Of a stretch of 64,000 nucleotides of DNA, positions 59,401-64,000 are shown piece by piece (position 1 is the stretch's first letter; every line of letters starts with the position of its first letter). The translations under genes and the position numbers were made by a program. The notes beneath the pieces are model-generated. The model saw only the letters and a program-made list of their open reading frames with translations, did no database searches and was not told the DNA's origin. The stretch is from a virus, in IMG/VR virus record IMGVR_UViG_3300010316_000005, positions 111,737 to 175,736 of that record; one strand, given 5' to 3'.

Positions 59401-62370
59401 GGCTATATTGTCGAAGCTGTAATCTTTGATGTTCTATACGGAGGCAATGTTGCTTCAAGAATAGCTGCTGAAAGCTATTTTGTTGGAGCAGTAGGACAAC
59501 TCGGAGTAGGTGAATCAGAAGAAACTATTGCAGCGTACAACAGACTACAAGAAATAATAGAACAAATAATACAAGAACAAACAGTATCAGTATCAGCAGG
59601 AAACAGTTCTGCACAAAACCTTGACGCTAACGCAGGCGGTGTGCTCGAGGCAACGCAAGCATCAGATAGTATACAAGTTATTATAGATGTAATCACAGCC
59701 GGGTCGTTAACAGGTCTAGCTGCTAGAGAACTTCCATTAATTACTTGGGCATCTTCGACACTGCAATCAGACTACGCTAATATTGTTAGCAATAAAAACA
59801 GCATAGCAGAAGATACTATTTTTGAAATTAACAATAGTATTGCTGACTTTGCTTACGACGAAGATGCTTGTGCTAGAGATGTAGGATTTATTGTAGATGC
59901 ATTAACGTACGACCAACTTTATGGCGGCAATAGTGCAATTAGAACTGTTGCACTAAGCTATTATACTGGTACACAAAGTCAATTAGGCTCAGATGAAAGA
60001 ATAGAAACTATTGCAGCTTACAATCATCTTTCGGACGTAATCAGTAACGTAGTACAAGAAATTTCAGTTACGGCAACAGTAGGTAATGTTGAAAGTCAAG
60101 TTATTAATGGTAACCCGACAATAGAAGAAACAGCAAACCAGTTAGCTATTAAACTAGGATATGTAACTAATGTGTTAATACAGGCTTCTACTTCAGTAAT
60201 AGTTAACAAGGTTAACCCCGGCTTGGCTTGGATTGATACTGAATTGCAAAGTGATTACTTAGAAATTGTAACTAACAGATTAGACGTTAGAGAAAGTGCT
60301 ATAGCTTATATTAATAACAGATTCAAACGCTTCCAGTATGATCAAACAAAATGCTCGCGCGATGTTGAAATCATTATGCAAGCGGTTGCTGACGATATGT
60401 TATTTCAGACAAACTACAAAACTGTTCTTGCTGGCAGAAGCTATTACAGAGCAAGTGCTTCTGAAGTAGTAGGAAATCAACTTTCGGAAACCGTAGCGGC
60501 ACTAGAATTTGTTAAAACGGAAACACTAGAATTAATAGCATCAGACTCGTCAACTAATCAACCAGAATATGCAACAGTGTCGAACCTGTTTGATACACTA
60601 ATTGATATTGTATTAAACGGCGAAAGCGCCGCACCGTTAATTGATTATACATCGCCGATTGTTAGCAATGACTTTAAAGTTAGAGCAAGTTCAAATCTTC
60701 AAGACAATAGAGATTTTATAATTGCTGAAGGAACAGCATACATTACAGCATACTATCCTCTACTGGGATACGACAGAGCTACGTGTGAAAGAGACATTGG
60801 ATTAATTGTTGACGCATTAGGTTATGATTTGATGTTTGGGTCAAACTTTAGATCAATTACAGCAGGGCGTTCATATTATAGACAAGGCGCCGCAGTAGTG
60901 ACGGATTCGCAAAAAGCTGCTACACTTGGCACTTTTGCATATCTAAAAACTTTAGTTAGCGACTTGACACAAGGAAGCATGACTGCACAAGCATCTGTAG
61001 AAAGCAACATGGATATTATTATAGACATCCTTGATAATGGCCTTGGCGTTGTTCCGTCGTTTGTTACACCGGCGCCAGCAAGTGGTACTGGAAATGCAAA
61101 TGACATTGGATATGCTAACGCACGAGACTTAATTGAAAGTAACCGTGCGTTTATTAAAGCTGAGGTTGTACAATATATTACAAACAGTTATCCTGCGCTA
61201 ATATACAACCAAGCAACTTGTGAAAGAGATGTAGATTATATTCTTGATGCAATGTATTACGACCTAACATACGGCGGCAATATGGAAACATTAGTAGCAG
61301 CTAATGCTTATTATTCGTTTACTACTTTACAAATACCAACAGGTGAGAAAGCTGCTACACTAGCAACTTATGCATTTATGAGAGATCTGATCGGTGATAT
61401 TTCACAGTCAGTTGATGTTGCAGAACTACAAGTTGTAGTAGCACAGGTAGCAGGCGTAGCAGGCAGTGGCGCGGCTGAGCTAGCAGCAGAAGGACTTGTT
61501 GATGATATAATTACAACAATTGATACAGGTACTGCTCCAGCTGAAGTAGCAGCAAGTAATTCATGGGTTGCGTCGGCATTAGTTACAGAATACAACAGAC
61601 TTCAAACTAACAAGTCTACTATACAGACAGACGCAACTGCCTTTATTGAAGAAAACTATGCCTACAAAGTAGATACATGCGAGCGCGATATTGGATTTAT
61701 TGTTGATGCAGTATCATACGATATGTTATATGATGGTAACAGTCAAACAATAGACGCGGCTGACGAATACTATAGCGGCGGCACACTTCAGATTCCAGAG
61801 ACTGAAAGAGGCGTAACTATTGCAACTTACACGTATCTAAAAAGTGTTGCTGCTAATGTTGTATTAGAAATAGAAATGAATCCACTTCAAACAGTAGAAC
61901 CTCAAGTTATTGTCGGAGCAGCAACTACTGATGAAGAAACAGACAAACTAAAAGATCTATTTGATGTAATAATTAGACTAATTGACAGAGGTTATATTTG
62001 TGAAGTAACCCTCGACGAAACTATAGCAAGTACTGACGAAATAACAATTAATGAGGTTATTGCCGGATCACAAATTACATTTCATCAGTATAGTTTGATT
62101 GTTGCAAGCGGGCATACATTTGAATGGGTTGGTGCAGGAATTAACGTTAATTCAGCACTTCCGTACGAAGGCGGACGTCCGATACTAGAAAATCAAGTTG
62201 TTCAAGAACAAGGCGGCAAAATTTACTATACTGGAACAGATCAAGAAGGCGACTTTAGGATTGGTAACGACTTAACGATAAATAGAACAACAGGTACAAT
62301 TGAAGGTGATACGTTTGATCGAAGCCTGTTTGCTGTGCTAACACCATACATACTAGCAATTGAGGATTAA
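56446..62370 (+). CDS. Large virion protein: N-terminal beta-helix (pectin-lyase-like) plus ten helical C-x-R-D repeats
   Basis: YYVSQNGSD..NG...AF.SI..AL motif typical of beta-helix starts, then ten Y-x4-C-x-R-D-[VI] repeats spaced ~135-160 aa apart. Confidence 0.7.
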   Translation: MKLIKAQSTNLRNIRGGGVKYGTDGRVTMDSDNSLIVPKGPTSTRPINASPGDMRYNTDTLKFEFFEHGEWINSIDTADNVYYVSQNGSDNYNGKTIGSAFSSIGHALSVIPDNSTLKVLAGDYTLNNPVIVPRNVGIIGDSLRTVTVRAGNPTQDMFWVNNGSYLQGMTFKDHEAPSSAVAFNPDGSAGEIFQSPYVQNCTSITTTGTGMRVDGRHAQGLKSMVVDAFTQYNQGGIGIHMLYLGNTQLVSVFTICCDIAILCEEGGFCSLTNSNSSFGVIGLKSTGVSQPKYTGTVAQSIVDPTFGGDTILINNLVNRPNSGDAVKFSTLDDYYTISTASDVKVGKTRIDSPDFSSQLGALTTAKRTVLDDKAVIRVNTIAYINTTFPDLKYDQAKCSRDVGIIIDAVLDDMVLNTNYKSVIAGKSYYQNAAVEVINNQKTETLAAIGYAKTEVLALLTPATDAYIRVADNFDEITDIITNGIVNADPIVFNTPVGATSAQVRAKDIILANADFIEEEAVSYIELNYPDLTYDEAACRRDVAFILDGIIYDILYQGNSQSIVVGEQYYSGGTLQLGAGEKQATINTYKYMRQVTRNCLLNISVVRLNTTVTQDNGTTSATVAEADKSDLLFNIISSYIESGGYINDFVETTAPNEATQEQDAIDLRDIIVANKSKIAVDTIEYLNEKYSDFNYNEEKCSRDVGLILDAVAMDMALGTNYNSVIAGLSYQRINTIKVRNDQKVQTKSAIEFVRDTILALNIGTTATTRVTDAFTEILAIFDGNAASALVFTDPDDVTQDNLKAKLLLQANRDFLMAETIAFINNRYPPFVYDEDKCSRDVGLILDAVALDMVLDTNYNTNVAAMSYYRAAASDVIDSQLPQTLLAIDFIKTQILKLDISSVATNRLSLLFTKLRSTIETGTPASINNNDPINATATRINSRLQLEFNKTFIQDEIDAWIAVQVAGNIAPFTSGFTYDSAACRRDVGYIVEAVIFDVLYGGNVASRIAAESYFVGAVGQLGVGESEETIAAYNRLQEIIEQIIQEQTVSVSAGNSSAQNLDANAGGVLEATQASDSIQVIIDVITAGSLTGLAARELPLITWASSTLQSDYANIVSNKNSIAEDTIFEINNSIADFAYDEDACARDVGFIVDALTYDQLYGGNSAIRTVALSYYTGTQSQLGSDERIETIAAYNHLSDVISNVVQEISVTATVGNVESQVINGNPTIEETANQLAIKLGYVTNVLIQASTSVIVNKVNPGLAWIDTELQSDYLEIVTNRLDVRESAIAYINNRFKRFQYDQTKCSRDVEIIMQAVADDMLFQTNYKTVLAGRSYYRASASEVVGNQLSETVAALEFVKTETLELIASDSSTNQPEYATVSNLFDTLIDIVLNGESAAPLIDYTSPIVSNDFKVRASSNLQDNRDFIIAEGTAYITAYYPLLGYDRATCERDIGLIVDALGYDLMFGSNFRSITAGRSYYRQGAAVVTDSQKAATLGTFAYLKTLVSDLTQGSMTAQASVESNMDIIIDILDNGLGVVPSFVTPAPASGTGNANDIGYANARDLIESNRAFIKAEVVQYITNSYPALIYNQATCERDVDYILDAMYYDLTYGGNMETLVAANAYYSFTTLQIPTGEKAATLATYAFMRDLIGDISQSVDVAELQVVVAQVAGVAGSGAAELAAEGLVDDIITTIDTGTAPAEVAASNSWVASALVTEYNRLQTNKSTIQTDATAFIEENYAYKVDTCERDIGFIVDAVSYDMLYDGNSQTIDAADEYYSGGTLQIPETERGVTIATYTYLKSVAANVVLEIEMNPLQTVEPQVIVGAATTDEETDKLKDLFDVIIRLIDRGYICEVTLDETIASTDEITINEVIAGSQITFHQYSLIVASGHTFEWVGAGINVNSALPYEGGRPILENQVVQEQGGKIYYTGTDQEGDFRIGNDLTINRTTGTIEGDTFDRSLFAVLTPYILAIED

Positions 62371-62376
62371 TAAATA

Positions 62377-62715
62377 ATGGCAACTCCTATTAACATATTT
62401 AGAACAGTTACTGCGGAAGTGACTACTTCAAATGAAACAATATATACTTCTCCTTTGGGCAATACCGGAGTTGTGTTAATGGCTCAGGTCGCTAATGTTT
62501 CATCTACTTCGGGAGAGATAACTTTTTTACACTTTAATAGTGGAACTAACACTGACACTGAGCTAGTAAAAGGATTCACTATTCCCGGAAATGATTCTTC
62601 GAGTATGGTTACTGGTAAGATGATTGTTGAAGAAGGTGACAGTATTAAAGTATTTGCTTCAGAAAATAATAAATTTAAAATTACTCTAAGCGTACTGGAG
62701 TCATTGAATGCGTAA
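62377..62715 (+). CDS. Small beta-rich structural protein (paralog of 56081-56443)
   Basis: IYTSP....VVL.AQVANV...LVKGF.IP..D....GK.I.E.GD.I pattern. Confidence 0.6.
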   Translation: MATPINIFRTVTAEVTTSNETIYTSPLGNTGVVLMAQVANVSSTSGEITFLHFNSGTNTDTELVKGFTIPGNDSSSMVTGKMIVEEGDSIKVFASENNKFKITLSVLESLNA

Positions 62716-64000
62716 TTTAGGACTTCTTAGTAACAGGGTTAAAGTTGCATTACCCGGTGATGCAGATCCCGATCGTTACAATTTTTTAAGTTTAGAAAAT
62801 GCCGAACCTAATCTAGGTGTGCCGCAAATTGTAAACTCGGTCTTTTCTTCTGACACTGACGGAAACAGAACTTGGCTAAACTTCGACGATGGTCTCTTTA
62901 TAGACACAGATAACACAATCAATGTCGACGCATCTGTTGTAAGAACCATAGGCCAGCAGGACATTCTAGGAGAAAAAACATTTCTGGATATAACTTCTTT
63001 TGATCTAGGCGCAAATATAGCTGAATTAACTATAAGTGGTAACGCTATAACTTCACTTCCTGATCAAAATATTATTCTTAACCCAAACGGAACTGGAGTT
63101 ATTTCAGTAAGTAATTCGAGAATAATTAATCTAGCAGAACCTCTATTACCACAGGATGCTGCTACTAAGAATTATGTTGATCAGTTTGATTTTGGAAAGT
63201 ACCCTAAATGGAAATATCAAACTGGTAATTATACAGCAACAGCCGGCGATGCTATAATTTTAAACAGCAGCAGTGGTTCTTTTAATATAACACTTCCTGC
63301 TACTCCGACTTCCGGTGATATCGTTATTATCGGCGACGGCGACGATGTGTCAGCTAACCCAGTTACTGTATTAAGAAATGGCGGAACAATTGAAGGACTG
63401 GAAGAAGATTATGTTCTTACATTGTCCGAAAATATTTATAGGTTTATCTTTGACGGAGTTACGTGGCAGAGATTCTCGTTGGCTGGCCCAACTGGTTACT
63501 CGGGAAGTTTAGGATACACAGGTAGCTTTGGTCCACAGGGCTTCACTGGAAGTAGAGGTGATACTGGATTTGTTGGAAGCAAAGGCGACCTGGGATTCAC
63601 TGGCAGTGAAGGACCTCGAGGATTCACTGGAAGTAGAGGTGATACTGGATTTGTTGGAAGCAAAGGCAATACTGGATTTACTGGTAGTCGCGGATTCACT
63701 GGTAGTCAGGGCGAACAAGGTATTATTGGAAGTCAAGGCTTTACTGGATTTACTGGTAGCGAAGGATTTACTGGTAGTCAGGGAGAGCGAGGATTCACCG
63801 GTAGTCAGGGAGAGCGAGGCGATACTGGATTTACTGGTAGTCAAGGCATCCAAGGTGATATCGGGTTTGCTGGAAGTCAAGGCTTTACTGGAAGTCAAGG
63901 TATTATTGGATTTACTGGTTCATCGGGATTCACTGGTAGTCAGGGCGAACAAGGTATTGCTGGAAGTCAAGGTGAAGGCGGGATAATTGGATTCACTGGC
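62708..64000 (+). CDS. Collagen-like fibre protein, truncated by the window end
   Basis: ATG 62708 overlaps the previous gene and reads MRNLGLLSNRVKV...DRYNFLSLENAEPNLG..., with PQDAATKNYVD and an uninterrupted Gly-X-Y run from 63485 to the edge. Missing from the ORF track because it has no stop. Confidence 0.8.
   Translation, partial: MRNLGLLSNRVKVALPGDADPDRYNFLSLENAEPNLGVPQIVNSVFSSDTDGNRTWLNFDDGLFIDTDNTINVDASVVRTIGQQDILGEKTFLDITSFDLGANIAELTISGNAITSLPDQNIILNPNGTGVISVSNSRIINLAEPLLPQDAATKNYVDQFDFGKYPKWKYQTGNYTATAGDAIILNSSSGSFNITLPATPTSGDIVIIGDGDDVSANPVTVLRNGGTIEGLEEDYVLTLSENIYRFIFDGVTWQRFSLAGPTGYSGSLGYTGSFGPQGFTGSRGDTGFVGSKGDLGFTGSEGPRGFTGSRGDTGFVGSKGNTGFTGSRGFTGSQGEQGIIGSQGFTGFTGSEGFTGSQGERGFTGSQGERGDTGFTGSQGIQGDIGFAGSQGFTGSQGIIGFTGSSGFTGSQGEQGIAGSQGEGGIIGFTG
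63485..64000 (+). repeat. Gly-X-Y collagen-like repeat (GFTGSx-dominated)
   Basis: Repeated ggattcactggtagt/ggatttactgg units in frame with 62708. Confidence 0.9.

Noticed and set aside
62371-62376. TAAATA before ORF 62377 as a late promoter
   Set aside because: It directly abuts the ATG, leaving no room for a start site, and a GAGG SD lies upstream. Probably a chance match.
63496-63986. Three repetitive ORFs in the track, or a possible CRISPR-like array
   Set aside because: They are off-frame shadows of the Gly-X-Y coding repeat in the gene starting at 62708. There is no repeat-spacer structure.
1-64000. tRNA genes, CRISPR arrays, DGR/reverse transcriptase, stop-codon reassignment
   Set aside because: None seen by eye. 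Core genes are full length in the standard code, and TAA, TAG and TGA all act as stops.

Overview
A 64-kb segment of a large, AT-rich dsDNA myophage genome with a T4-like core (jumbo-phage style, standard genetic code). Bases 1-34.4 kb are a minus-strand late block of tail and baseplate genes: three paralogous fibre-like proteins, a 5118-aa giant structural protein, gp6-, gp25-, gp5-, gp27- and gp53-like proteins and a tube-fold protein. From 34.5 kb the plus strand carries the late sigma factor gp55, then gp47 and gp46 (gp46 has a LAGLIDADG intein in its Walker A motif), and a short GIY-YIG nuclease followed by a ~430-nt ORF-free, heavily base-paired region. Next come a minus-strand gp26-like/gp51-like pair joined by a slippery -1 frameshift site, a tape-measure-like gene, a free-standing homing endonuclease and the head cluster (portal, Maf-like transferase, acidic core protein, gp21, gp22, gp23). 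After the capsid gene are a decayed Hef-like endonuclease and a self-contained cassette (sigma70 promoter, helical protein, ~390-nt structured RNA with 7-nt-periodic UG repeats, terminator). The window ends with more structural genes, including a 1974-aa protein with ten C-x-R-D repeats and a truncated collagen-like fibre. The best candidates for undescribed systems are the two protein-plus-structured-RNA units at 39.5-40.5 kb and 53.5-54.5 kb. All RNA structures were paired by eye, and no database search was run.
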